A DNA stretch of 63,646 bases from an uncultured Gammaproteobacteria bacterium (GTDB lineage: Bacteria > Patescibacteriota > Microgenomatia > UBA10105 > UBA927). Position 1 is the stretch's first letter; every line of letters starts with the position of its first letter. The stretch covers positions 1 through 63,646 of the forward strand of contig CAYHHA010000006.1 of the NCBI GenBank assembly GCA_964356315.1, read 5' to 3'. Below are positions 16,397 to 24,568 of the stretch, in pieces. Position numbers and translations under genes: made by a program. The notes beneath the pieces were generated by a model. That model had not been told where the DNA came from and did not search any database. It saw only the letters and a program-made list of their open reading frames with translations.

Positions 16397-16462
16397 CTAG
16401 GCATACAAAAAAGCTCCCCGTTGGTGATAGCTTTCGCCACCCATATCCCTTTCGGAACACGA

Positions 16463-16504
16463 CCTTGTCAGGTACTCCAAACGAGGAGCTTACTCCTGAC
16501 AAGG
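16463..16504. other. Long hairpin in a divergent intergenic region (structured leader or ncRNA candidate)
   Basis: CCTTGTCAGG (16463-16472) pairs with CCTGACAAGG (16495-16504), with an inner CTCC/GGAG stem. On the minus strand, two GAAA-capped mini-hairpins follow before the DUF3883 start. Confidence 0.4.
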
Positions 16505-16657
16505 TTTCTTATGCCATGCCCAACAACTTACGTTGTAGAGTTTAGGCCAATATTAAATTGTATTTATAGTCTACTACAACTTGGAAAACACATAAACAAT
16601 TGATTTAATGACATCTATACGCTCATATAATGTTAAAATACAAGTAGCCATAAGAAT

Positions 16658-17464
16658 ATGAAGAAGATAAGTTCATTAATTGACCCACAGGGTCAAGTCT
16701 ATTACCCGACGGTTACTGAGGATCTCTCAAAAACACTATTAAAAGAAGCTCAAAAGATTACCCGTCATAACGAATCGTTACGTCGTAATGATCTTATACG
16801 CCAACAAAATAATAAAAATTATAGGATTTCAAATTCAAAAATTGATAAACAAGTTCATGCCATTAGAATTATTATTGAAAAAGCTGAGGAAGCATTGTCT
16901 CCCACAAGTCCAATAGAATACGGAGATTCTTTCAGTATTGACTATTATAACTTTAACTTTGAGGATAGATCAGATGCGAGAGTTCTTTTTGAAAATTTTC
17001 TGAATAAACTTAAAAATGCTCATTGTTTTATAAATTGGTCAAAAAACCCTTACAGGAGTGAAGCGGTTTATATATTTAAAAAAATAGATATACAAAAATT
17101 GAGAATGTATGCTAGCTCATTAAATATTGGTTCTAAAGCCAACATTTTAAAATTCTCCAGAAGCACCGGTTATGTAATATTTTTTGATAAAGATGGAATT
17201 AAATATGAATCAAAATTTAAGACAAATACAGACTACTATAAACTTCTTAATTATCTAGTTAAACAGCCTCACATCAAATTTCCATTTGATGAGTTAGCCG
17301 ATCAGCTAAACAAGCCTAAGTCAATGGATCAAGGATCAGGCGATGAAAAAAGAGTTAGAGATACAGTTGCATACATAAAGAAAAAATTGAAGTATCGTGG
17401 TAACGATTTATTTATTTCGGATTACGGTTTTGGATTGAACTGCGATGTTTTCTTAATAGGCTAA
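16658..17464 (+). CDS. Putative transcriptional regulator with C-terminal OmpR/PhoB-type winged helix
   Basis: The C-terminus VRDTVAYIKKKLKYRGNDLFISDYGFGLN resembles the recognition helix and wing of the trans_reg_C domain. The N-terminal 200 aa are unassigned. Confidence 0.45.
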   Translation: MKKISSLIDPQGQVYYPTVTEDLSKTLLKEAQKITRHNESLRRNDLIRQQNNKNYRISNSKIDKQVHAIRIIIEKAEEALSPTSPIEYGDSFSIDYYNFNFEDRSDARVLFENFLNKLKNAHCFINWSKNPYRSEAVYIFKKIDIQKLRMYASSLNIGSKANILKFSRSTGYVIFFDKDGIKYESKFKTNTDYYKLLNYLVKQPHIKFPFDELADQLNKPKSMDQGSGDEKRVRDTVAYIKKKLKYRGNDLFISDYGFGLNCDVFLIG

Positions 17465-17629
17465 CTCAATATTCCTCACTATTCCTCATTTTGATAGCAA
17501 ATTAGCTTCACAAAATTCTTTCACTTCGGCATTTTTCCTCTCAAAAATATAGGAAGATTAGAGTAGAGAAACGTAACTCAATGCCCGGGAATAACGAAGA
17601 TATCGCTATAAATTTAATTTCACATAAGT

Positions 17630-17791
17630 ATGCAACATATTGAAGAAATTATACAGGCAAATACCAATTTTCATCCGGCTAGTCGTACTCAAAAATTTAC
17701 ACGTATGAGTATTTGTAAATATTTTGATCATTCTAGACGACGATATATAGATAAAACGAAAAAACAATTTATTACATTGTTTTTTAAGTAA
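17630..17791 (+). CDS. Possible small HTH/excisionase-like ORF (53 aa)
   Basis: An ATG-to-TAA ORF below the track threshold. MSICKYFDHSRRRYIDK loosely resembles AlpA/Xis-type HTH. Weak evidence. Confidence 0.2.
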   Translation: MQHIEEIIQANTNFHPASRTQKFTRMSICKYFDHSRRRYIDKTKKQFITLFFK

Positions 17792-17813
17792 ATCTTATGA
17801 AGAACGAAGAAAT

Positions 17814-17996
17814 ATGGACAATTCAACAATTGAAATCAAACTACTAAAACCAGCGTATATACCGATTATGTGTCCTGTTTGTCACGGTCACAAAACAGTT
17901 AATTGGGGGAAAGAAATGTGTGGAGTTTGTTACGGATTAGGGTATCTGAAGATACCACCAGAAGAAGGAGATAAAAATGATAACGCTTATAGATAA
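17814..17996 (+). CDS. Small DnaJ-type zinc-finger protein
   Basis: Contains CPVCHGHK and CGVCYGLG (CxxCxGxG x2). Overlaps the next gene by 20 nt. Confidence 0.55.
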   Translation: MDNSTIEIKLLKPAYIPIMCPVCHGHKTVNWGKEMCGVCYGLGYLKIPPEEGDKNDNAYR

Positions 17997-18675
17997 ATCA
18001 CAAGGATATGTCATCATGTGGCGATCAATAGTAAATACACCGTTATGGTCAAATCCGAAATTGGAACGAGTATTCCACTGGGTTATGTATCGCGCAAATT
18101 GGCAAATGGAACAAATATTTCCAACTACAGAAAAGGTCAGTTTACACCCTGGGCAATTCATCACTTCATACCCCCACGCGGCAATAGAATTAAAGATGTC
18201 AGTAGGAACCATAAACACATACATAAAACTCTTAAAAGCTGAAAGCATAATTGAAATCAACTCCACGAACAAATATACAATTGTGACGGTCTTGAATTGG
18301 GATGAGTTACAGAATCCTGAAAGGACAATTGAAAGCAAACCGAAAACAAAACGAAAACAAACTGAAACAGACAATACAATAAATACAAAAAATACATCTT
18401 CTAGCATCCCAGTAAAGGAACTAGTCGCACAGTTTAATGCTCTCTATAACACGAAGCTTCTAGGATATGGGAAACAGGGTCATGCCTTAAAAGTCATTCT
18501 AGGCTCCTACACCGAAACCGAAATGTGGGCCTGCGCTGAATGGCTGGCTCACGATCCTTTTTGGAAGTCTAAAGGTTTTGACTTCACAACGATCCAATCA
18601 CAAATAGCCAAATACAAAATGTCTCTCGGAAGCGAGAGAAAACAGGAGGTGTACCGTGATGCAAAAAGTATCTGA
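17977..18675 (+). CDS. Replication initiator-like wHTH protein (phage/plasmid type)
   Basis: The N-terminus GYVIMWRSIVNTPLWSNPKLERVFHWVMYRANW is the typical opening of phage replication/DnaD-N-like wHTH proteins. GAAGGAG SD at 17964-17970. It precedes a helicase-type ATPase. Confidence 0.55.
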   Translation: MITLIDKSQGYVIMWRSIVNTPLWSNPKLERVFHWVMYRANWQMEQIFPTTEKVSLHPGQFITSYPHAAIELKMSVGTINTYIKLLKAESIIEINSTNKYTIVTVLNWDELQNPERTIESKPKTKRKQTETDNTINTKNTSSSIPVKELVAQFNALYNTKLLGYGKQGHALKVILGSYTETEMWACAEWLAHDPFWKSKGFDFTTIQSQIAKYKMSLGSERKQEVYRDAKSI

Positions 18676-19474
18676 AGTTATTTCACTTATAGAAACAAAT
18701 AAAGAGAACATGGAATTTCTTAAAACAGGATTCCCTACACTTGACGAAAAACTAGATGGAGGACTTCTCCGGAAAGAGCTAGTCATTTTGGGAGGACAGA
18801 CTGGAATCGGGAAAAGCTATATAGCTTCACAGATCATGTTCAATATAGCTCGCAGTGGCTTTAAAACCGCCTATTTTTCGCTAGAAATCTCAAATGAGAT
18901 GATTGTTTCACGACTGTTGGGATCCATTGCGAATATAAAATCTACTCGCATCCGCTCAGGCCTGAGCTCTCTAACAGAATTGGAGCAACTGATAGCCGCT
19001 AAAGCAAAGGTTCAAGCGTATGAGGATTACTTATCATTTTACGATGACACTTATTCAATAGATGTTATTAAAAGTGAAATTATTGCGAATAAATACGAGT
19101 TTATAATTGTTGATTTTATCCAAAACGTAAACGCACCCGGAAGCGATGAGTATTCTCGCCTGTCACTCGTAGCTTTAGAGCTACAAAAAATAGCAAAGTC
19201 TGCTAATTGCTGTGTATTTGCTTTATCCCAGCTTTCAAATCGGGTAACTCGGGAAGGAATTGAAGCTACAACACTGGAATATAAAGGCTCTGGAAGTATT
19301 CAGGCCGCATGCGATCTTGGCTTTTTGATAGAACGCTCACTATTCAACGATGGCAAACACGATGACGAGATCAAACTTGAGTTAAAGAAAAATCGTCGTG
19401 GGATTGGGTATCTCACATTTCATCTCGTATTTAAACACCCAGGAGGATGGATATATGAACAAACGGAAAGATAA
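18656..19474 (+). CDS. DnaB C-terminal-domain-like (RecA-fold) ATPase
   Basis: TGFPTLDEKLDGGLLRKELVILGGQTGIGKSYIA (Walker A), IIVDFIQ (Walker B-like) and SQLSNR. It lacks the DnaB N-terminal domain. AGGAGG at 18644-18649. Confidence 0.7.
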   Translation: MMQKVSEVISLIETNKENMEFLKTGFPTLDEKLDGGLLRKELVILGGQTGIGKSYIASQIMFNIARSGFKTAYFSLEISNEMIVSRLLGSIANIKSTRIRSGLSSLTELEQLIAAKAKVQAYEDYLSFYDDTYSIDVIKSEIIANKYEFIIVDFIQNVNAPGSDEYSRLSLVALELQKIAKSANCCVFALSQLSNRVTREGIEATTLEYKGSGSIQAACDLGFLIERSLFNDGKHDDEIKLELKKNRRGIGYLTFHLVFKHPGGWIYEQTER

Positions 19475-19709
19475 TTTAATTTTTTCACTCTGTAGACGAT
19501 TATGCGAAATCCTAGAAGAGAGGCATGTGATCTATTTGGCTCAGCGTCCGAATTTACGGTCGCATTATTCAGAACAAGATCAGGCGTTATTTGCCACTGT
19601 AACCAAAACTGAAGACGAAATTGCTCGTGAAGAAAAAATAATTCTTGAGGAATTGGAAAGTCTTCAGAATATAAATGAACATGCTGAACTCATTCAAATT
19701 CAATCATGA
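19455..19709 (+). CDS. Hypothetical small helical protein
   Basis: ATG at 19455 with AGGAGGA seven nt upstream. Overlaps neighbours at both ends, consistent with an operon. Confidence 0.45.
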   Translation: MNKRKDNLIFSLCRRLCEILEERHVIYLAQRPNLRSHYSEQDQALFATVTKTEDEIAREEKIILEELESLQNINEHAELIQIQS

Positions 19710-20002
19710 ATTACTCATTCAGAGTTATACAAAACAACAGAATCGTACAAAGATGCCAAACGCATTCAATACGACGTTTTACGAAAAAGCTAGGCACGAT
19801 AAATTGGGAAAATGGGGTGATTAAAGTGAATCTACGAGTGAACTATGGCAGATACAAAAATATGTATGGGAAGTTTATTAATTTCTATAACGATGGAGAA
19901 TACGAAACAAAGAAAGATCTATTGCAGGCATTCAAGGCATTTATTGAAGTTGACAAAGCTAGTACTGAAAACGTTCCTGCGAGGAATATGTTATCGGAGT
20001 AG
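19706..20002 (+). CDS. Conserved integrase-adjacent small protein (paralog of 3325..3627)
   Basis: See 3325..3627. Position and orientation relative to the integrase are the same. Confidence 0.6.
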   Translation: MNYSFRVIQNNRIVQRCQTHSIRRFTKKLGTINWENGVIKVNLRVNYGRYKNMYGKFINFYNDGEYETKKDLLQAFKAFIEVDKASTENVPARNMLSE

Positions 20003-20018
20003 CTTGTAGTTTGAGAAT

Positions 20019-20041
20019 GGAGGTTAGATTTTCTAACCTCC
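20019..20041. other. Conserved hairpin between the X gene and integrase B
   Basis: GGAGGTTAGA-TTT-TCTAACCTCC, a perfect 10-bp stem. Confidence 0.5.
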
Positions 20042-20058
20042 ATAAATGAAACTAAAAT

Positions 20059-21072
20059 CTAAATTATTGATAAAGAAAAACCCAATTTATTTCCCTCTTG
20101 CTTCAAGCTAAAATTTAAACGCGAATCATTATCCAAATGAAGTCCCTCAATAGTTTCTTTCACAAGTCGCAATATCTCCTGTGGATTATTTTGCAACCTG
20201 ACCATAGGGTGGCGCATCGCGGCACGCTCTAATGTTTTATCAGCCAAGTGCATGTACGTGGAATATGTCGTTTGAATATCTTTATGACCAACTAACATGG
20301 CCACCTCAGTAATCGGAACACCTGCTTCCAGCAAATGAGTTATATAACTATGCCTAAAATTATGAGGAAATGCCCGCTTCGTTATCCCAGCCTCTTTTGC
20401 TCTCCGTTTTAAGTCTCCACTATATTCAGTAACTTGTACTTGCTTCCCCGATGAATTGCGAAATACCCGATCATCTGACTTTCTACCTTCCAGTAGCATT
20501 TGTAATTTGCTTTTAAGAGGTTCTGCGAAATAGGCTGTTCTATTATCATTTGTCTTTGTGTTCACAAATATGGCTTTTCCTGCACTGATATCCACGTGTT
20601 TTACAGTTAATTCAGCCGCTTCTGCGTATCTACACCCTGTATACGCTAAAAACATACTCATTGTCCTGTACATATCATCAAGAAAATCGCTGGATTTTCC
20701 ATGAAATTTCCCATACGAAAGAGAGGTGGTAAGTATTCGTTCTATTTCCTCATGGGTGAATATGATGATATCGGCTTTCGTTTTCTTGAATGACTTGAAT
20801 CCATCAAAGAAATCTGATGGCATTCCCCTATCTCTGCAGTATGAGACCAAATGGTGAAACGCAAAACCATACGTATTGAGTGAATTATTTTTTAATAGTT
20901 TTTCGTCTTTGAGGTACAAGAAAAATTTCTCAACATTCTCTTTCGTTAACTCCTTATCTTGAAACCATTTAGCAATGAGGCCGAGACGACTAAGACAATG
21001 ACGGATACTCAATGGCGCGAGCCCGAGTTTAATTGTAATATATGAATCAAAATCGTTCTGATCAATCTGCAT
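20059..21072 (-). CDS. int: Tyrosine recombinase/integrase (element B)
   Basis: It carries the same catalytic signatures as integrase A (TGCRYAEA, HNFRHSY, LVGHKDIQTT, YSTYMH). It ends 182 nt from the ftsZ stop codon. Confidence 0.9.
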   Translation of the reverse strand: MQIDQNDFDSYITIKLGLAPLSIRHCLSRLGLIAKWFQDKELTKENVEKFFLYLKDEKLLKNNSLNTYGFAFHHLVSYCRDRGMPSDFFDGFKSFKKTKADIIIFTHEEIERILTTSLSYGKFHGKSSDFLDDMYRTMSMFLAYTGCRYAEAAELTVKHVDISAGKAIFVNTKTNDNRTAYFAEPLKSKLQMLLEGRKSDDRVFRNSSGKQVQVTEYSGDLKRRAKEAGITKRAFPHNFRHSYITHLLEAGVPITEVAMLVGHKDIQTTYSTYMHLADKTLERAAMRHPMVRLQNNPQEILRLVKETIEGLHLDNDSRLNFSLKQEGNKLGFSLSII

Positions 21073-21254
21073 ACTCCCCGATTGGGAGTAGCGTGTAGTT
21101 ATAAGAAGTCCTGCGAGGAACAGTGTTTATTATACCAAATTTGAGGCTAAACAACAATCTCTCAACACGAACTATTTACACAAAATTACTCCCTTTTGAA
21201 GAGCTATGAAACTCAGAATGTATATGTCATGCAGTAGAAATTGAAGCTAAAATC

Positions 21255-21284
21255 CTATCGTTTCTGCCGTAGAAATGCGGGAAT
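21255..21284. other. att site overlapping the functional 3' end of ftsZ
   Basis: The reverse complement reads ATT CCC GCA TTT CTA CGG CAG AAA CGA TAG. 21262-21284 is identical to 4904-4926. Confidence 0.85.
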
Positions 21285-22499
21285 GTCAAATTCATCCTCT
21301 TCAGGTGGAACGTCAGTTGGAACCTGCTGTTGATATTGAGGTTGTTGTTGCTGTTGGTATTGTGGTTGCTGTTGGGAATTCTGTGACGGATTCATATTTA
21401 CCGGTTGTCCGCCTTGCGCCTGTTGATTCGGCGTGCCATACACTGTTGGTTGTGGCTGTGGCTGGCGTCCACCACCCATTCCTCCCATTCCCATAGATCC
21501 CATCATGCCACCTGGTCGTTCTGACAATTCTCGAAGTCGCCTCTTTGTTTCATCAAATCCCGTGGCAACGACGGTGATTTTCACCTGATCGACAAGAGAT
21601 TCATCTATCGTTGCTCCAAAGATGATGTTTGCATCTGGATCCACAGCTGCAGATATTTGCTTGGCTGCTTCATCTACCTCTGCCATGGTCAGATCATTTC
21701 CTCCAGTGATATTAAACAATACACCCTTTGCTCCGTCTATCGAGATATCCAAAAGTGGAGACGCAATTGCGGTTCTCGCCGCAGTTGCTGCTCTATTTTC
21801 CCCAACCCCCGTCCCAATTCCCATTAATGATGATCCTGCATTCGTCATGATTGACCGGACATCAGCAAAATCTACGTTAATAAGCCCAGGCATGGTAATC
21901 AAATCAGAGATACCCTGTACACCCTGACCGAGAACAGAATCGGTTACGCGAAACGCATCAAGAAGAGTCATTTTTTTATCGATAACTTCGAGGAGTCGCT
22001 GGTTTGGGATAACAATAAGGGTATCTACTTTATCTTTTAAGTTTGAGATACCTTCTTCTGCGGAAATCATCCTTCGCGCACCTTCGAACATAAATGGCTT
22101 CGTTACAACCGCGACAGTCAATGCTCCGAGTTCTTTTGCGATTTCTGCAACTACAGGTGTAGCACCTGTACCAGTACCGCCACCTTCACCACAAGTCAAA
22201 AACACCATATCGGAATCTTTCAAAAAATCCGTAATCTTATCTTTTGACTCCTCTGCAGCTTTCTGTCCGATCTCTGGCCTACCACCTGCTCCAAGACCGC
22301 GAGTGATCATATCGCCTATTTGCACTTTAGTTTGAGCTAGACAGGTTAACAATGCCTGTGCATCGGTGTTTATTCCCATAAACTCGACTCCAGCGATCTG
22401 GTTGACTGAAATCATAGAGTTTATAGCGTTGCAACCGCCACCACCGATACCTATGACTTTAATTTTTGCAAAACGGGCTATATCAGGTTTAATTAGCAT
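21255..22499 (-). CDS. ftsZ: Cell division GTPase FtsZ
   Basis: GIGGGGCNA, GGGTGTG (tubulin signature), a Q/P-rich linker and the C-terminal peptide DIPAFLRQKR. Confidence 0.97.
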   Translation of the reverse strand: MLIKPDIARFAKIKVIGIGGGGCNAINSMISVNQIAGVEFMGINTDAQALLTCLAQTKVQIGDMITRGLGAGGRPEIGQKAAEESKDKITDFLKDSDMVFLTCGEGGGTGTGATPVVAEIAKELGALTVAVVTKPFMFEGARRMISAEEGISNLKDKVDTLIVIPNQRLLEVIDKKMTLLDAFRVTDSVLGQGVQGISDLITMPGLINVDFADVRSIMTNAGSSLMGIGTGVGENRAATAARTAIASPLLDISIDGAKGVLFNITGGNDLTMAEVDEAAKQISAAVDPDANIIFGATIDESLVDQVKITVVATGFDETKRRLRELSERPGGMMGSMGMGGMGGGRQPQPQPTVYGTPNQQAQGGQPVNMNPSQNSQQQPQYQQQQQPQYQQQVPTDVPPEEDEFDIPAFLRQKR

Positions 22500-22573
22500 A
22501 ATAATTCCATCAGGAGGCAGTCTGAAGTTTTTTCGTACTATAAATAATCCTATTCACGGATTAATATGTAACG

Positions 22574-23875
22574 CTAGGGCATGAATGACTTTACCAGATC
22601 TAACAGCTTTCCCGCAAGTCCCTTTATTTGAACCTTATCACCAATCTTACCAAATCCACCAAACATAGACTTGCCAGAGGATCGTTCAGACTTCCCTCCA
22701 TATAAAAGCAAACCTACTCCGGCAGTATATGCCGATGAAGTGATTTCATCAATAAGACCACTCATTCTCTTTGGTACACCAATGTGAGCTGGCATTGCTA
22801 AATTACGTCTCGCAGCCTCTACAGCTCCAACAGTCTGGGCTCCCCCGCCGGTGATAACCACACCTGACGGCGTCATGCCGCCAAAGCCACTTCTTTTAAG
22901 CTCCAACGCCACCATAGTGAAAATTTCATTCAATCTCGGTTTGATTATACCTTCAACAAGCGTCCTTCGAGACAAAATACGAAGTTCTTCGGGAAATCCA
23001 AGAGTAGAAACGTCCAATTCATCCGCTTTATCGTGCCGGGATGGTTTTCCTTTTTCTTCTTCCGGAGAAAGCGCAGGCATTTTTGGCACCTGTCCCAATA
23101 AGATTTTAACTTTTTCTGCAGTTTCCAAAGACACTCGAAGTCCCGCAGCTAAATCTTTTGTGATGTTAATAGCTCCAATAGGAATTACGGAGGAATATGA
23201 CAGGGCACCCTCCACATATATTGCCACATCGGTAGTCCCTCCACCAATATCTACAAGCACGACTCCGAGCTCTTTCTCCGTCTCAGTGATACTTGCTTCG
23301 GCAGACGCTAACCCTCCAAAGACCATGCCACTTACTTCAACTCCGAGTGATTCTACACATCTGCGTAGATTTTGTATTGCGGTGGCGCCACCGGTCACCA
23401 AATGTGTATCCACCTCAAGTCGTATCCCCATCATGCCGATTGGATCAACAATACCTTCTTGACTGTCTACGATGTACCCTCGTGGCAACACATGGAGGAT
23501 CTCTCGAGAAGAAGGCAGAGATACGGCTTTCGCGGCTTCAATGACTCGTGTTACATCTGATTCTGAAATTTCCCGATCTGGCTCAGACACAGCGACAACC
23601 CCATGAGAGTTTTGAGAAGCGATATGATTTCCGCCTACAGACAAATATGCTTTCGCCACGGAAACACCAGACATACGCTCTGCAGCCTCCAAAGACTGAG
23701 AAATTGCAATTTTAGCTTCTTCGATATCAACAACCTGTCCTTTTCGAAGACCTTTACTGGGAACGATCGCAACGCCTATAACCTGAGCGTCGCCATCTTC
23801 AGAAAGCGTAGCGATAAACGTTGTAACCTTTGAAGTACCTACATCGATACCAGATATGATGTGATCTCGTGCCAT
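22574..23875 (-). CDS. ftsA: Cell division protein FtsA
   Basis: Actin-fold motifs GIDVGTSKV and DIGGGTTD. Position between ftsQ and ftsZ. Confidence 0.93.
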   Translation of the reverse strand: MARDHIISGIDVGTSKVTTFIATLSEDGDAQVIGVAIVPSKGLRKGQVVDIEEAKIAISQSLEAAERMSGVSVAKAYLSVGGNHIASQNSHGVVAVSEPDREISESDVTRVIEAAKAVSLPSSREILHVLPRGYIVDSQEGIVDPIGMMGIRLEVDTHLVTGGATAIQNLRRCVESLGVEVSGMVFGGLASAEASITETEKELGVVLVDIGGGTTDVAIYVEGALSYSSVIPIGAINITKDLAAGLRVSLETAEKVKILLGQVPKMPALSPEEEKGKPSRHDKADELDVSTLGFPEELRILSRRTLVEGIIKPRLNEIFTMVALELKRSGFGGMTPSGVVITGGGAQTVGAVEAARRNLAMPAHIGVPKRMSGLIDEITSSAYTAGVGLLLYGGKSERSSGKSMFGGFGKIGDKVQIKGLAGKLLDLVKSFMP

Positions 23876-23881
23876 ATTAGT

Positions 23882-24568
23882 TTAAAACTGTACAACCGGT
23901 TTGTCGAAACGGAGATCAACAACCGAGGGAAGCGTACCCTTTATTCTAAACCCCGCTATTAACGTTTGTAAAGTGGCGATTGCATGGGGCAAATCAGCAT
24001 CAGAAGAAAATAATACTTTCATTTTTTCCATCGATACTTCTACTGTTTTTTCCTCCATTTCTCGGACAGAGACAACCAGGCCAAAAGATTGGACAGAATC
24101 AATGACGTTAAGGGCAAATAGTATTTGTTCACTGGATATTTTTTCTCCTTTTTGCATGAAAGCGACCGAAGAATATATGACAGGCAACCGTTGCCCTTGA
24201 TCACCATATTCCAACACATACCCCTTTTTATCTATCAGAGCAATTCTATCAGGAGTTTTTATAACTACATATGGATGTCGGAGAATTGGCTGAAGCACCA
24301 ATGTGTGCGGAAATTTTTTATGAAACACCACATCCGCTAATAACTGATTGCTTTGTAATATCTCAGATCGTATTCGATCAGAAGGAAAAAATAACAAATT
24401 TTTAGAAATATTTTTTTCATCAACTATGATGGAAATTCCTTCGCCTTCTATTTCTATGACCTGTATTACAAAGACTGTGCGGATAATCCAGTATGCGCAG
24501 AAACTTAACACTCCGATAAACACCAAAGCAACAACAGTCTTTACCAACGTATTTCGATACACACTCAT
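23882..24568 (-). CDS. ftsQ: Cell division protein FtsQ/DivIB-like
   Basis: Single N-terminal TM segment, a POTRA-like segment (IQVIEIEGEG) and position between murG and ftsA. Confidence 0.7.
   Translation of the reverse strand: MSVYRNTLVKTVVALVFIGVLSFCAYWIIRTVFVIQVIEIEGEGISIIVDEKNISKNLLFFPSDRIRSEILQSNQLLADVVFHKKFPHTLVLQPILRHPYVVIKTPDRIALIDKKGYVLEYGDQGQRLPVIYSSVAFMQKGEKISSEQILFALNVIDSVQSFGLVVSVREMEEKTVEVSMEKMKVLFSSDADLPHAIATLQTLIAGFRIKGTLPSVVDLRFDKPVVQF

Larger units (their letters stand above)
4904..21284. mobile_element. Integrative, probably replicative element B (about 16.3 kb) inserted in the ftsZ 3' end
   Basis: It is bounded by 23-nt direct repeats. The integrase sits at the ftsZ-proximal end. 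A replication module and regulator are present, the cargo is heterogeneous, and by eye the region is more AT-rich than the adjacent dcw cluster. Confidence 0.75.

Noticed and set aside
16183-16603. + strand ORFs 16183..16545 and 16421..16603
   Set aside because: They overlap the DUF3883 gene start and the structured intergenic hairpins. They show no coding-like composition or motifs.
4927-21254. Interpretation of element B as a prophage
   Set aside because: No capsid, portal, terminase, tail or lysis cassette signatures were recognisable. Only integration, replication and cargo genes are present.
21290-21480. CAACAA/CAGCAA-rich DNA repeats at the ftsZ 3' region
   Set aside because: They encode the Q/P-rich disordered linker of FtsZ (QQQPQYQQQQQPQYQQQ). 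This is an expected low-complexity coding feature, not a separate element.
22851-23462. 203-aa + strand ORF, and many similar ORFs antisense to fts/mur/glycosyltransferase genes
   Set aside because: They lie entirely inside strongly supported minus-strand genes. They have biased low-complexity composition and no motifs. They are typical shadow ORFs.
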